A DNA stretch of 64,000 nt, from assembly GCF_045037415.1 (NCBI RefSeq), contig NZ_CP173438.1; one strand, 5' to 3'. Shown in pieces: positions 12,851-24,582 of the stretch. Source of the DNA: Escherichia coli (GTDB lineage: Bacteria > Pseudomonadota > Gammaproteobacteria > Enterobacterales > Enterobacteriaceae). Position 1 is the stretch's first letter; each line of letters opens with the position of its first letter. The position numbers and the translations under genes were made by a program. The notes below the pieces were generated by a model. That model did not search any database, had not been told where the DNA came from, and saw only the letters and a list, made by a program, of their open reading frames with translations.

Positions 12851-12890
12851 AAATAGCTCCCACATTTGAACATTGTGGGAGCCGCTATTT
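12851..12890. terminator. Bidirectional hairpin between convergent yfdE and evgS
   Basis: Inverted repeat AAATAGCTCCCACA ... TGTGGGAGC(C)GCTATTT. Confidence 0.55.
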
Positions 12891-15800
12891 AGTCATTTTG
12901 CTGACAGAAAACAGTAATCTCCTGGTCCAGCTCTGCAATGTGTTCTTTTACAGAGTTCAGCAACTGAAGAATTTCAGGCTTACTGTCATCTGAAACAGGT
13001 GTTATTTCTAACTGGTGGCTAATATTAATCAACTTTTGCAAATTCAGGATGTTAGCCGCACCGTGGATGCGATGAATACACTGATGGAAAGTTCTGTTAT
13101 CGCCAGCTTCTAGTGCATGAAACGCAGCGGGTAGATCTTTATGCGTTTCATGCTGGAAAGTCATGAGAATCTCCTGCATCAGTTGTAGATCATTCGCCGT
13201 ATTATTCTTCAGGGCCTCGATATCAAGGTGGCGATACTGAGGTGCAATATGCGCAACCTGGTGTAACTGACTTAAATGTGTTTTCAGTACATCCAGAGTC
13301 AACGGTTTGAACAAACATAAGTTCATGCCGCAATTTAACCCTTTTTCACGTTCGTTAGCCTGTGCGTTGGCTGTAAGCCCCCAGATGGGTAAGGAAGAAT
13401 TTTGCTCACGGAGTTTGCGAGTCAACTCAAAACCATCCATATTCGGCATATTAACGTCAGTAATAAGCAGATCATAATGTTGCATACTGATTTTGTGTAG
13501 CGCTTGCACACCATCAGTGGCTTCATCAACATCATATCCTAATAGATTTAGCTGGCGTTTGAGTAATAGCCTGTTGGTCGGATGATCATCCGCGATTAAT
13601 ATGCTCAACTTTTCAGGTAGTGTTATAGGTTGTTCTGCTTTTGCCTCGACAGCCGCCACTTGTTGGGTAATTTCTACCGGGATTGTGATCGTAAATATCG
13701 TTCCTATGCCTGGATGACTTTCTAATGACAAATCGCCCTGCATGTTTTTAATTAATTCTTTGCAGATCATTAAGCCTAAACCAGAACCTGTTTGCTGACG
13801 ACCTGCACTTGTTTGGCTATAGCGTTTAAACAGTTGTTGTTGTTCTTCCTGCGATAATCCACTTCCAGAATCCATAATCGTCATTTTGATAACAGCGTGG
13901 TTGTCATCAATGTGACCCAGGGAGGTCGTAATTTTTACTGCCCCCTCGGTAGTAAATTTGAGAGCATTACTCAGTAAATTAGATAAGACCTGCTTAAACG
14001 CCTGAGGGTCGATCTTAACCAGGTAGCGTTCAGGAAGCGTACTGCTGCAACTTAATGCGATCGATTTGCTTGCAGCAATCGCAGCGAAAGAGTGACAAGT
14101 GTTCTGGACTAAAGTAGGGATATCGACCCATTGTGGTTGAAGTTGATAGTTACCCGATTCAATTTTGTCGACATCAAGGATTTCACCAATTAAGCCGAGG
14201 AGTGATTGTCCGGTGGCGTAGGCAAGTGAAATCGCCTCCACCCGTTGTTCCTTGCTAAGACCAGAACCCGACAGAAGTTCCAGGAAGCCCATAATGGAGC
14301 TTATTGGTGTTCTTATTTCGTGACTCATTGTTGCCAGAAACTGGCTTTTTGCGACAGTTGCATTGATCGCTTTATTTCTCTCTACTTCGAGTGCATGAAT
14401 TAAATCACGCGTCTCGGTAATATCTTGCCAACCACAAATATAAACAGCATGTTCGCTTGCTGGCAGATTACATAAGGTATGCCAGTGATTAATGCATCTT
14501 TTCTCGATGCCATTATCAATTTCAAATACCTGTGTGTATATTTTTCGGTTTTCTTTCGTTTCTGCTGTGACTTCATGCGTATTAGAAAAAACATCTTTAA
14601 AGGGGGATTCACTGTTTTCTAATGGTAACATTGCATTTTTATAGTAATCAGCAGTGAAATAATGTTCAAATGCACTATTGTGACTAATGACATTACCTTG
14701 CCAGTTTACAACATAAGTTGGATTAGGTAAGGAATCCGAGAGCGCTTTCCGGAATGATATTTGGTTTTCTAAATCACCCTGAATAACTTTACGACGACGA
14801 ACTGAGCGTAACAGGTAGAATCCCCATAAAAGGCTACTGCCAACTAATAAAACGGATAATGTCGTAACAATATAAAATTGCTCGCTATAGAGGTCCCATG
14901 TGTCAATGGTCACATTGGGCATTTTAATCCATTTTTCGGTCAGGCGCAGAACTTCGCTTGGGGGAATTGCATTCAGTGCTTTATTAATAATATCCTTAAG
15001 TTCCGGTTCTCCGCGAGGAAAAGCGAACGAAAGTGATGCATTCTGAACGCCGGGAATAAGAAAATGATAAAGTTCATTAGGATAGTAATGGTCGATCATG
15101 TAACGCGAATTTAACTGTGTCGCGACCAGAGCATCAAGTTCACCTTCCTTGACCTTGTGAAATGCAGCGCTGGCGTTATCGACTTTTATCCACTCTACCT
15201 CCGGATACATCTCTTTTAATTGCGAATGAAGCTCATAATAATATGGAATGGCAACTTTCATTCCTTTTTTTAATGTTTGTTCACTGTCAGGCGCTTTTTG
15301 CATGACAAAAACGTAAGGCGTTGTTATGAAGACTTCAGCAAATGAAACATTATTTTCTCGATCTTCACTATAAATAGCGGCGGGCAATATATCCCATCCA
15401 CCGGGGTTAAGCTGTGTCCCAGCATGAATATTGTGTGAAACGGTGATCGGAGAAAAATTTAAACCTGTTTGCAAGGTAATAATATTAAGAATATCACCCA
15501 TCACGCCCCGAACTGAGCCAGTTTCATCTGTCATAGAATAGGGTGGCGAGTAAGGATTTTCCAGCACCTTTAAATCGGGATGCTGCTTAATCCACTGTTT
15601 TTCATGTTCAGTGAGTTCTAATGGTTTGTTCAGAAAGGCCAGGTTTCCTGTATCAAGCCAATTTTGTGATACTTCATAGCGAACTTCATTTGTTAAAGCA
15701 TCAACAAATCGATTGAGTACTTCATTAAGAACGATTGAATCTTTTCTGGTTAATAAAAAGTTATATTGACGCGGTGAGTTATAATACTTCACTACATTTA

Positions 15801-16482
15801 AGGAGTGAGTAAAATAACGGGAAATCATACTGCTGGTAATGATGTTACTACCAATAAAGTAATCATTCTGTCCGGCTGAGACGGATGCTAATGCCTGATA
15901 TAAATTTGTAAAAGAGATAATTGTTGCTTTTGGAAATGATTGATGAATTACCTCGTCTGGGGGATAATTTGCTACTCGAGCAATATTTACTGGTTTTGAT
16001 GAGGTAAGCGGTCGCATTGAATCGTGAAGGGTAGTGACCAGCGCCGGAAAGGTAATTATCAGAGGATTAGTTGCAGCAATGTCATCATTAAGAGGCGGCG
16101 AAGCAACTAAATGTGATAACACTATATCAACTTCACCGTCTTCCAGCGCGTCCATTGCTTTTTGATGATCTGCGTATTCCCGGAGTGTTAATTTGATATT
16201 TAACGCTCTTTTTAAAAGATTTAAATAATCAGCATTAATACCACGAATCCGTTGCTGCGAATCGGTATGCAACAACGTAGCTGTTTGGGACTTGTGTACT
16301 GCAATCACAAGATTTTTTTTGCTCGCTAGCCAACGTAATTCCTTGTTGCTCAGACGTAGTGGATCAAGTGTGACACGGTTGTTACTACTGATGCCACGAT
16401 ATTCGATGTAATCTCCGTCTGCGAAACTTATGGTCGACCAAAGACCACAACAGAGAAGAAAAATATAGGGTAAAAACTTCAT
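12889..16482 (-). CDS. evgS: Hybrid sensor kinase EvgS (1197 aa)
   Basis: ORF 1197 aa; periplasmic binding domains, H-box (ATMSHEIRTP), receiver and HPt domains. Confidence 0.95.
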   Translation of the reverse strand: MKFLPYIFLLCCGLWSTISFADGDYIEYRGISSNNRVTLDPLRLSNKELRWLASKKNLVIAVHKSQTATLLHTDSQQRIRGINADYLNLLKRALNIKLTLREYADHQKAMDALEDGEVDIVLSHLVASPPLNDDIAATNPLIITFPALVTTLHDSMRPLTSSKPVNIARVANYPPDEVIHQSFPKATIISFTNLYQALASVSAGQNDYFIGSNIITSSMISRYFTHSLNVVKYYNSPRQYNFLLTRKDSIVLNEVLNRFVDALTNEVRYEVSQNWLDTGNLAFLNKPLELTEHEKQWIKQHPDLKVLENPYSPPYSMTDETGSVRGVMGDILNIITLQTGLNFSPITVSHNIHAGTQLNPGGWDILPAAIYSEDRENNVSFAEVFITTPYVFVMQKAPDSEQTLKKGMKVAIPYYYELHSQLKEMYPEVEWIKVDNASAAFHKVKEGELDALVATQLNSRYMIDHYYPNELYHFLIPGVQNASLSFAFPRGEPELKDIINKALNAIPPSEVLRLTEKWIKMPNVTIDTWDLYSEQFYIVTTLSVLLVGSSLLWGFYLLRSVRRRKVIQGDLENQISFRKALSDSLPNPTYVVNWQGNVISHNSAFEHYFTADYYKNAMLPLENSESPFKDVFSNTHEVTAETKENRKIYTQVFEIDNGIEKRCINHWHTLCNLPASEHAVYICGWQDITETRDLIHALEVERNKAINATVAKSQFLATMSHEIRTPISSIMGFLELLSGSGLSKEQRVEAISLAYATGQSLLGLIGEILDVDKIESGNYQLQPQWVDIPTLVQNTCHSFAAIAASKSIALSCSSTLPERYLVKIDPQAFKQVLSNLLSNALKFTTEGAVKITTSLGHIDDNHAVIKMTIMDSGSGLSQEEQQQLFKRYSQTSAGRQQTGSGLGLMICKELIKNMQGDLSLESHPGIGTIFTITIPVEITQQVAAVEAKAEQPITLPEKLSILIADDHPTNRLLLKRQLNLLGYDVDEATDGVQALHKISMQHYDLLITDVNMPNMDGFELTRKLREQNSSLPIWGLTANAQANEREKGLNCGMNLCLFKPLTLDVLKTHLSQLHQVAHIAPQYRHLDIEALKNNTANDLQLMQEILMTFQHETHKDLPAAFHALEAGDNRTFHQCIHRIHGAANILNLQKLINISHQLEITPVSDDSKPEILQLLNSVKEHIAELDQEITVFCQQND

Positions 16483-16486
16483 GTGG

Positions 16487-17101
16487 TTAGCCGATTTTGT
16501 TACGTTGTGCGAATGTGTAAAGATCCATCAGTGATTTGCATTCTAATTTTTCCATCAAGCGACTTTTATAAGTGCTGACAGTTTTGTTGCTGATGAACAT
16601 TTTTTCAGCAATGTCATTATTATCCTTGCCATCAAGAATATACCGCATGACACTAATTTCTTGTTTCGATAAGGAGTCGAGTTTTTGCTGGTCGGACGTT
16701 AAACTTCCAACAAACCGGTTGAGAGAGAAGGGGAAATAGCAGTAGCCATTTTTTGCAGCTTCAATAGCTGCAATGATATTGTTCATGCCTTCTTTTTTAC
16801 TCACGAAACCATTAGCGCCAGCATCAGCACAATGTTTCCCGTAAAAATGGTCATTTTTAGCGGAGACAATAATAATAATTCCGCTATATTGGCGCTTTCT
16901 CAGCGTTTCTAACACCTGGATACCGTTAACTCCGGGGATATCGACATCAATGATGACGATATCAGGCTTAAGTGTTTCCACCCGCTGAACGGCGCTTCCG
17001 CCTTCAGTCAACTCTGCTAAGATTTCAATATCGTTTTTGATCAATAAATTACGAATTGCTGCGATAGCAAGAGGATGGTCATCAATAATTATTGCGTTCA
17101 T
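16487..17101 (-). CDS. evgA: Response regulator EvgA (204 aa), NarL/FixJ family
   Basis: ORF MNAIIIDDHPLAIAAIRNLLIKNDIEILAELTEGGSAV...; 4-nt gap to evgS. Confidence 0.95.
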   Translation of the reverse strand: MNAIIIDDHPLAIAAIRNLLIKNDIEILAELTEGGSAVQRVETLKPDIVIIDVDIPGVNGIQVLETLRKRQYSGIIIIVSAKNDHFYGKHCADAGANGFVSKKEGMNNIIAAIEAAKNGYCYFPFSLNRFVGSLTSDQQKLDSLSKQEISVMRYILDGKDNNDIAEKMFISNKTVSTYKSRLMEKLECKSLMDLYTFAQRNKIG

Positions 17102-17516
17102 AGATTATTCCCTTTGCAATGAAGCATTTCCCTTCTCCCTGTAGTAATACAGACATAAGGTATCATCTCATTTTCTCAATAAAAATAAGAAAATTTGAGC
17201 TTCCTTTAAGATAATTCGACAAGTATACCATATAAATAGTCGGCATAAATAAAATGTCAACAATAAAATCAGGGATGATACCGATGATTTATAGTTTCAA
17301 ATGAGCACTATAAGTTTTCTCACTAATCCTACAGGCGTAAGAATTGTATTGCAAAAGCCGCGGTTTAGTCCTCTGTTGTTTTTTTTGCACCTCATTTAAA
17401 TTAGCCCTCCAACGTTCCTGGGATAATGTGCAAAACATGCACTGTGTTTGATATGAGGAATGAATACTCTTTTCATTCAATTCATAAATTTCATCTATGC
17501 GAAATGAGAGATAATA

Positions 17517-18680
17517 GTGGAACAGATTAATTCAAATAAAAAACATTCTGACAGAAGAAAATATTTTGCTTTGTTAGCGGTAGTTTTATTTATTGCGCTT
17601 TCAGGTGCCTATGCCTATTGGTCAATGGAATTAAAAGACATGATTAGTACAGATGACGCCTATGTCACGGGAAATGCAGATCCAATTTCTGCACAAGTCT
17701 CAGGCAGTGTCACTGTCGTTAATCATAAAGATACGAACTACGTTCGACAAGGTGACATTTTAGTTTCACTGGATAAAACTGATGCCACTATCGCACTCAA
17801 TAAAGCTAAAAATAATCTGGCAAATATTGTTCGGCAAACGAATAAACTATACTTACAGGATAAACAATACAGTGCCGAAGTCGCTTCAGCACGTATTCAG
17901 TATCAACAATCTTTAGAAGATTATAACCGTCGTGTGCCTTTAGCGAAGCAAGGGGTTATTTCAAAAGAAGCGCTGGAGCATACCAAAGATACGTTAATAA
18001 GTAGCAAAGCGGCATTGAATGCTGCTATCCAGGCTTATAAAGCGAATAAAGCTTTAGTAATGAACACACCATTAAACCGTCAGCCACAAGTCATTGAAGC
18101 TGCAGATGCAACCAAAGAAGCCTGGTTGGCGCTTAAACGTACGGATATTAAGAGTCCGGTTACCGGTTATATTGCCCAGAGAAGTGTTCAGGTCGGCGAA
18201 ACAGTGAGTCCCGGACAATCGTTAATGGCTGTCGTACCGGCGCGTCAAATGTGGGTTAATGCCAACTTTAAAGAAACACAACTCACGGATGTACGGATTG
18301 GTCAATCGGTCAATATTATCAGCGATCTTTATGGTGAAAATGTTGTGTTTCATGGTCGGGTGACAGGGATCAATATGGGAACCGGCAATGCGTTCTCCTT
18401 ATTACCTGCACAAAATGCGACAGGGAACTGGATCAAAATCGTTCAGCGTGTACCGGTTGAAGTTTCTCTGGATCCAAAAGAACTCATGGAACACCCTTTG
18501 CGCATTGGTTTATCGATGACTGCAACTATTGATACGAAGAATGAAGACATTGCCGAGATGCCCGATCTGGCTTCAACCGTGACGTCCATGCCTGCTTATA
18601 CCAGTAAGGCTTTAGTTATCGATACCAGTCCGATAGAAAAAGAAATTAGCAACATTATTTCGCATAATGGACAACTTTAA
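17517..18680 (+). CDS. emrK: Multidrug efflux membrane-fusion protein EmrK (387 aa)
   Basis: ORF 387 aa, EmrA-like periplasmic adaptor; divergent from evgA. Confidence 0.9.
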   Translation: MEQINSNKKHSDRRKYFALLAVVLFIALSGAYAYWSMELKDMISTDDAYVTGNADPISAQVSGSVTVVNHKDTNYVRQGDILVSLDKTDATIALNKAKNNLANIVRQTNKLYLQDKQYSAEVASARIQYQQSLEDYNRRVPLAKQGVISKEALEHTKDTLISSKAALNAAIQAYKANKALVMNTPLNRQPQVIEAADATKEAWLALKRTDIKSPVTGYIAQRSVQVGETVSPGQSLMAVVPARQMWVNANFKETQLTDVRIGQSVNIISDLYGENVVFHGRVTGINMGTGNAFSLLPAQNATGNWIKIVQRVPVEVSLDPKELMEHPLRIGLSMTATIDTKNEDIAEMPDLASTVTSMPAYTSKALVIDTSPIEKEISNIISHNGQL

Positions 18681-20218
18681 TGGCAATCACTAAATCAACT
18701 CCTGCACCATTAACCGGTGGGACGTTATGGTGCGTCACTATTGCATTGTCATTAGCGACGTTTATGCAAATGTTGGATTCCACTATTTCTAACGTCGCAA
18801 TACCGACAATATCTGGCTTTCTGGGAGCATCAACAGACGAAGGTACCTGGGTTATCACCTCGTTTGGCGTAGCAAATGCCATTGCGATCCCTGTTACCGG
18901 CAGGCTGGCACAAAGAATAGGCGAATTAAGGTTATTTTTACTTTCAGTAACCTTTTTTTCGCTGTCTTCATTAATGTGTAGTTTATCGACCAATCTTGAT
19001 GTGCTGATATTTTTTAGAGTCGTTCAGGGGTTAATGGCGGGGCCGTTAATTCCACTGTCACAGAGTTTATTATTAAGGAATTATCCACCAGAAAAAAGAA
19101 CATTTGCTCTGGCATTATGGTCAATGACCGTGATTATCGCTCCGATATGTGGGCCGATATTGGGCGGCTATATTTGCGATAACTTTAGCTGGGGTTGGAT
19201 ATTTTTAATCAATGTCCCTATGGGGATTATCGTCCTGACATTATGCTTAACCTTACTTAAAGGACGAGAAACTGAGACTTCACCGGTCAAAATGAATCTA
19301 CCAGGACTGACCCTGTTAGTGCTCGGTGTTGGTGGCTTGCAAATTATGCTTGATAAAGGGCGCGATCTGGATTGGTTCAACTCGAGTACAATAATACTAC
19401 TAACAGTAGTATCAGTTATTTCTCTGATCTCTTTAGTCATTTGGGAGTCGACCTCAGAGAATCCGATTCTTGACCTCAGTTTGTTTAAGTCCCGTAATTT
19501 CACCATTGGTATTGTGAGTATCACATGCGCGTATTTATTTTACTCTGGAGCGATAGTTCTTATGCCGCAGTTACTCCAGGAAACGATGGGGTATAATGCG
19601 ATATGGGCCGGACTTGCCTATGCGCCCATCGGTATCATGCCGCTATTAATATCACCTTTGATAGGACGTTATGGCAACAAAATTGATATGCGGTTGTTGG
19701 TGACATTTAGTTTTTTGATGTATGCGGTTTGCTATTACTGGCGTTCTGTGACATTTATGCCAACGATTGATTTTACAGGCATCATTTTGCCACAGTTTTT
19801 TCAGGGATTCGCCGTTGCCTGTTTCTTTTTACCCTTAACAACGATTTCGTTTTCAGGCTTGCCAGATAATAAATTTGCCAATGCCTCGAGTATGAGTAAT
19901 TTTTTTCGCACCTTGTCAGGATCAGTTGGTACGTCGTTGACAATGACACTGTGGGGACGCCGCGAATCGTTACACCATAGTCAGTTGACAGCAACCATCG
20001 ATCAATTTAACCCCGTGTTTAATTCATCGTCACAAATTATGGATAAATACTATGGTTCGCTTTCAGGAGTTCTTAATGAAATTAATAATGAAATAACTCA
20101 GCAGTCACTTTCTATTTCTGCAAATGAGATTTTCCGTATGGCGGCTATTGCTTTTATCTTACTTACGGTTTTGGTTTGGTTTGCGAAACCGCCGTTTACA
20201 GCGAAAGGCGTTGGGTGA
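18680..20218 (+). CDS. emrY: MFS multidrug efflux pump EmrY (512 aa)
   Basis: ORF 512 aa, 14-TM EmrB-like; start overlaps emrK stop. Confidence 0.9.
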   Translation: MAITKSTPAPLTGGTLWCVTIALSLATFMQMLDSTISNVAIPTISGFLGASTDEGTWVITSFGVANAIAIPVTGRLAQRIGELRLFLLSVTFFSLSSLMCSLSTNLDVLIFFRVVQGLMAGPLIPLSQSLLLRNYPPEKRTFALALWSMTVIIAPICGPILGGYICDNFSWGWIFLINVPMGIIVLTLCLTLLKGRETETSPVKMNLPGLTLLVLGVGGLQIMLDKGRDLDWFNSSTIILLTVVSVISLISLVIWESTSENPILDLSLFKSRNFTIGIVSITCAYLFYSGAIVLMPQLLQETMGYNAIWAGLAYAPIGIMPLLISPLIGRYGNKIDMRLLVTFSFLMYAVCYYWRSVTFMPTIDFTGIILPQFFQGFAVACFFLPLTTISFSGLPDNKFANASSMSNFFRTLSGSVGTSLTMTLWGRRESLHHSQLTATIDQFNPVFNSSSQIMDKYYGSLSGVLNEINNEITQQSLSISANEIFRMAAIAFILLTVLVWFAKPPFTAKGVG

Positions 20219-20325
20219 TGGAAAAAGAGGAGGCTATAGCAGGTAAAACGGCAGAATCTTAAGTCTGCGTCATCGGCAGCATCGCTCACCCAGGGAAAGG
20301 ATGGTGATGCTGCGTTGAAACGTTA

Positions 20326-21654
20326 TTAACGGCCTTTTGCCAGATATTGATTCATCTCTTCTTCCGGCACCATTCCACCTCCCGTCGCCCACACCAGATG
20401 AGTGGCATTACGCAGTTGTTCTGCGCTGAAACCGTGCATCTGTTGGTAACTTACTGATGCGCACACGCGCTGAGGTCCGGCCATACCCGCCAGTGCCGAA
20501 GGTTCAAGACGAATACCTTCTTCCTGCGCCAGCCAGCCAAGCATGTCATACATGGTTTGATCGCTAAGGGTATAGAAGCCATCCAGCAGACGCTCCATCG
20601 CCCGCCCGACAAAGCCCGATGCGCGACCAACCGCAAGGCCATCGGCAGCGGTAAGGTTGTCGATGCCAATATCCTGAACAGAAATCTGATCGTGTAATCC
20701 GGTATGGACGCCTAATAACATACACGGGGAGTGTGTTGGTTCGGCAAAAAAGCAGTGAACATGATCGCCAAACGCCAGTTTAAGTCCGAATGCGACGCCA
20801 CCAGGACCACCGCCAACACCACACGGCAGATAGACAAATAGAGGGTTATCAGCATCGACGATACGGCCTTGCTGGGCAAATTGCGCTTTAAGACGCTGGC
20901 CAGCGACGGAATACCCAAGGAACAACGTGCGGGAATTCTCGTCATCAATAAAGAAACAGTTCGGGTCAGACTGCGATGCTTTACGTCCTTCCTCGACAGC
21001 AACACCATAATCTTGCTCATATTCCACGACCGTAACGCCATGGCTGCGCAGTTTCGCTTTTTTCCATGCCCGGGCATCAGCAGACATATGCACTGTCACC
21101 TTAAAGCCAATGCGGGCGCTCATAATACCGATTGATAACCCCAGATTTCCGGTTGAGCCCACAGCAATGCTGTATTGGCTAAAGAACTGTTTAAACTCCG
21201 GAGAAAGCAGTTTGCTGTAGTCATCTTCAAGCGTCAGCAACCCTGCTTCCAGAGCCAGTTTTTCTGCATGTGCCAGGACTTCATAAATCCCGCCGCGTGC
21301 TTTTATGGAGCCGGAAATAGGCAAATGGCTATCTTTTTTCAGTAACAGTTGCCCGCTGATCGGTTGCTGATATTCCTTTTCCAGCCGTTTTTGCATAGCC
21401 GGAATGGCAACCAGTTCTGATTCAATAATCCCCCCAGTGGCAGCAGTTTCAGGAAATGCTTTTGCCAGATAGGGGGCAAAACGAGATAAGCGCGCATGGG
21501 CGTCCTGAACATCCTGTTCGGTCAGGCCAACATAAGGTAAACCTTCAGCCAATGAGGTCGTGCCAGGATTGAACCAAGTGGTTTCTTTAAGAGCAACCAG
21601 ATCCTTTACCAACGGATACTGGGCGATGAGCGAATTCATTTTAGCGTTTTCCAT
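20326..21654 (-). CDS. dsdA: D-serine ammonia-lyase DsdA (442 aa)
   Basis: ORF 442 aa [31 protein letters not shown]...; PLP-binding SGSIKARGG motif. Confidence 0.95.
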   Translation of the reverse strand: MENAKMNSLIAQYPLVKDLVALKETTWFNPGTTSLAEGLPYVGLTEQDVQDAHARLSRFAPYLAKAFPETAATGGIIESELVAIPAMQKRLEKEYQQPISGQLLLKKDSHLPISGSIKARGGIYEVLAHAEKLALEAGLLTLEDDYSKLLSPEFKQFFSQYSIAVGSTGNLGLSIGIMSARIGFKVTVHMSADARAWKKAKLRSHGVTVVEYEQDYGVAVEEGRKASQSDPNCFFIDDENSRTLFLGYSVAGQRLKAQFAQQGRIVDADNPLFVYLPCGVGGGPGGVAFGLKLAFGDHVHCFFAEPTHSPCMLLGVHTGLHDQISVQDIGIDNLTAADGLAVGRASGFVGRAMERLLDGFYTLSDQTMYDMLGWLAQEEGIRLEPSALAGMAGPQRVCASVSYQQMHGFSAEQLRNATHLVWATGGGMVPEEEMNQYLAKGR

Positions 21655-21671
21655 AGTACGTCTCTTTGCGC

Positions 21672-23009
21672 TTAGATGATAAATGACAGCAGGAATGTGC
21701 CCGCCAGAGCGATGACCGAAGCGATAAATGTCGCTGTCGTATAGTATTTAAATGTTTCATTGAGCGTAGCGCCGCAATATTGCTTCACCAGCCAGAAAAG
21801 CGAGTCCGTAACGATCGTGCAGCCAATCGCACCGGAACCGATAGCAATCGCAATAATTTCCGGGCTGATGTCGGGATACAGCGGCAGCATGGGGGCAACA
21901 ATTGCCGTTGCCCCCATCATTGCCACCGTAGCGGAGCCCACTGCAGCATGCAGAATAAGTGCCACCAACCAGGCCAGAAGAATCGGGTGCATATGCATAT
22001 TGGAGAGAATAACTGCCAGCGTATCAGCGAGACTGCTGCTTTTTAAAATGGCGTTGAATGCGCCTCCGGCCCCGATAATCAGCAAAATATTAGCAATAGA
22101 ACCGAAACCATTTTCCGTATGTGTGAGCATCGTCCCCATGCTCATATGCTGACGTATACCCAACACATAATAGGCGACAAACACGGCGATAAACATGGCA
22201 GTGATAGGGTTGCCAATAAACTCAAGCAAGGTATACAAACCACTCTCACGCGCCATATTCAATTCGGCAATCGTTTTAACCAACATCAGCGCAATGGGTA
22301 GCAGTATGGTGAATAACGTTGCGCCTAATGAAGGTAGTGTTTTTTCATCGCGAACTTTGAGATCGGCAAACTCTGTGGGTACAGGTTTAAAGGGCAGTCG
22401 TTGCCCCAGAAATTTAAGGAAAAGTGGGCCACCGATCAGTGATGCCATCAGCCCAACCAGCAAACCGTAGACGATCACCGAACCGATATCTGCGCCCAGC
22501 TTATTGGCAACATATAAAGCAGCCGGATGTGGGGGAACCACGCAGTGCACAGCCATCAATGCGGTACACAGCGGAATGGCCAGCTTTAACAATGAGGTAT
22601 TGGTTTTTTTGGCAATTGAAAAAGCCAGAGGAATCAATAGCACGACGCCCACTTCAACAAACAGCGTGATGCCGCAAATCAGGCCAACCAGCACCATAAT
22701 GACATCAGCCGAAAGCCACCGGCAGCGTTGAAGTGTCAGACCAATTCTTTCTGCGGCCCCGGATACTTCCATCATTTTTCCCAGTATCGTGCCAAGGCCG
22801 ATAACCGCAGCGAGGAACCCCAGCGTTCCGCCAATTCCACTTTCAATAGCATTTACCATATCCAGTGGCCCCATACCCATCATCGTTCCCACGAAGAAGC
22901 TGGCCAGCAACAGCGCCAGAAACGGGTGGAATTTGAACTTCACGATGGTCAGTACAATTAACACGATGCTGATAAGCAGCGTGCTCACAACCCAGATTTG
23001 AGAGTGCAT
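21672..23009 (-). CDS. dsdX: D-serine transporter DsdX (445 aa), GntP family
   Basis: ORF 445 aa [30 protein letters not shown]... Confidence 0.9.
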   Translation of the reverse strand: MHSQIWVVSTLLISIVLIVLTIVKFKFHPFLALLLASFFVGTMMGMGPLDMVNAIESGIGGTLGFLAAVIGLGTILGKMMEVSGAAERIGLTLQRCRWLSADVIMVLVGLICGITLFVEVGVVLLIPLAFSIAKKTNTSLLKLAIPLCTALMAVHCVVPPHPAALYVANKLGADIGSVIVYGLLVGLMASLIGGPLFLKFLGQRLPFKPVPTEFADLKVRDEKTLPSLGATLFTILLPIALMLVKTIAELNMARESGLYTLLEFIGNPITAMFIAVFVAYYVLGIRQHMSMGTMLTHTENGFGSIANILLIIGAGGAFNAILKSSSLADTLAVILSNMHMHPILLAWLVALILHAAVGSATVAMMGATAIVAPMLPLYPDISPEIIAIAIGSGAIGCTIVTDSLFWLVKQYCGATLNETFKYYTTATFIASVIALAGTFLLSFII

Positions 23010-23226
23010 ATCTCACCTTCCCCTGTGATTAACCTGATGATATTGGACAAAAAAACAACGCAGGCTGACAAACGATAAAATTTGCCTTTCACATGAGCTA
23101 AATTGCATCAAGGGAGTGATTTACATCTAAAAATGAAGGTGAATTGAGATATGGTTCACTTTAGCTCACCTTACAGCTGAAATTTTGCCGCTATTTTTTT
23201 ACACTTAATAGAAAAATGAGGTGATT

Positions 23227-24162
23227 ATGGAACCCCTTCGTGAAATAAGAAATCGACTGCTTAACGGCTGGCAACTATCAAAACTGCATACTTTTGAAGT
23301 GGCTGCCAGGCATCAGTCTTTCGCCCTGGCGGCAGAGGAATTGTCGCTGAGCCCCAGTGCGGTAAGTCACCGTATCAATCAGCTGGAAGAAGAATTAGGT
23401 ATTCAGTTGTTTGTTCGTTCCCATCGCAAAGTGGAATTAACGCACGAGGGGAAACGCGTTTATTGGGCGCTAAAATCGTCGCTGGATACCCTGAATCAGG
23501 AAATTCTGGATATCAAAAATCAGGAGTTATCGGGAACGTTAACTCTGTATTCCCGGCCCTCTATCGCCCAATGCTGGTTGGTGCCCGCATTAGGTGACTT
23601 TACACGCCGATATCCGTCTATTTCGCTCACCGTGCTCACTGGTAATGACAATGTCAATTTGCAACGTGCCGGAATCGATTTGGCGATCTACTTTGATGAT
23701 GCGCCGTCAGCGCAACTGACCCATAACTTTCTGATGGATGAAGAAATCTTGCCAGTTTGTAGCCCGGAGTACGCTCATAGACATGATTTAACCAACACGG
23801 TAATTAACCTGCGTCACTGTACGTTGCTCCATGACAGACAGGCATGGAGCAACGACTCCGGTACGGATGAATGGCATAGTTGGGCGCAACATTATGCGGT
23901 TAATTTGCCGACATCTTCTGGAATTGGCTTTGATCGTTCTGATTTAGCCGTTATCGCCGCGATGAATCATGTTGGGGTGGCGATGGGAAGGAAACGCCTG
24001 GTACAAAAAAGGCTTGCCAGTGGTGAGCTCGTCGCGCCGTTTGGCGATATGACGGTGAAATGCCATCAGCATTATTACATCACCACATTACCGGGCAGGC
24101 AGTGGCCAAAAATTGAGGCATTTATTACTTGGTTAAGAGAACAGGTAAAAACCACTTCATAA
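23227..24162 (+). CDS. dsdC: LysR-type regulator DsdC (311 aa)
   Basis: ORF 313 aa trimmed to MEPLREIRNRLLNGWQLSKLHTFEVAARHQSF...; LysR HTH. Confidence 0.9.
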   Translation: MEPLREIRNRLLNGWQLSKLHTFEVAARHQSFALAAEELSLSPSAVSHRINQLEEELGIQLFVRSHRKVELTHEGKRVYWALKSSLDTLNQEILDIKNQELSGTLTLYSRPSIAQCWLVPALGDFTRRYPSISLTVLTGNDNVNLQRAGIDLAIYFDDAPSAQLTHNFLMDEEILPVCSPEYAHRHDLTNTVINLRHCTLLHDRQAWSNDSGTDEWHSWAQHYAVNLPTSSGIGFDRSDLAVIAAMNHVGVAMGRKRLVQKRLASGELVAPFGDMTVKCHQHYYITTLPGRQWPKIEAFITWLREQVKTTS

Positions 24163-24260
24163 TGAATAAGACCACGAGTTCCTGGTGTGCCTTATTCGGC
24201 ACTGCTAGTGCGAATTTAATAATTTACGGTTTTTACGTGGTTTTAGGGATAAACACAAGA

Positions 24261-24280
24261 ATGGTGTCCCCTGCAGGAAT
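24261..24280. repeat. Distal attachment-site repeat of the argW-integrated element
   Basis: ATGGTGTCCCCTGCAGGAAT is an exact 20-bp copy of the argW 3' end at 36076-36095. Confidence 0.8.
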
Positions 24281-24400
24281 GTGATTAATGAATTAAGAAA
24301 TTGATTTTTATGAATATAAAATTTTTATTGTCATAATTCTATACACTTAGTTATACACATAAGAAAAAATCAGTGATTTTTATGGACTGGGTGTATCTTC

Positions 24401-24490
24401 CCCAGCCCAGCCCAGCCCAGCCCAGCCCAGCCCAGCCCAGCCCAGCCCAGCCCAGCCCAGCCCAGCCCAGCCCAGCCCAGCCCAGCCCAG
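24401..24490. repeat. Pentanucleotide microsatellite (CCCAG)x18
   Basis: Read directly: 90 bp of perfect CCCAG units, then CCCCAACAAA. Confidence 0.95.
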
Positions 24491-24582
24491 CCCCAACAAA
24501 CCTAATGCAGTCTTTAGTTTACAAATTGTTACATATATTATTCGTCAAATTTCATTATTATCAGAGAGGTAATGACTCCAAC

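Noticed and set aside
17139-17152. Palindrome CTGTAGTAATACAG upstream of evgA, considered as an EvgA box
   Set aside because: It lies within ~40 bp of the evgA start codon (leader/RBS region) and I cannot confirm it matches the EvgA consensus from memory.
24401-24490. Possible CRISPR array
   Set aside because: Units are 5 bp with no spacers and no cas genes nearby; it is a microsatellite, not CRISPR.
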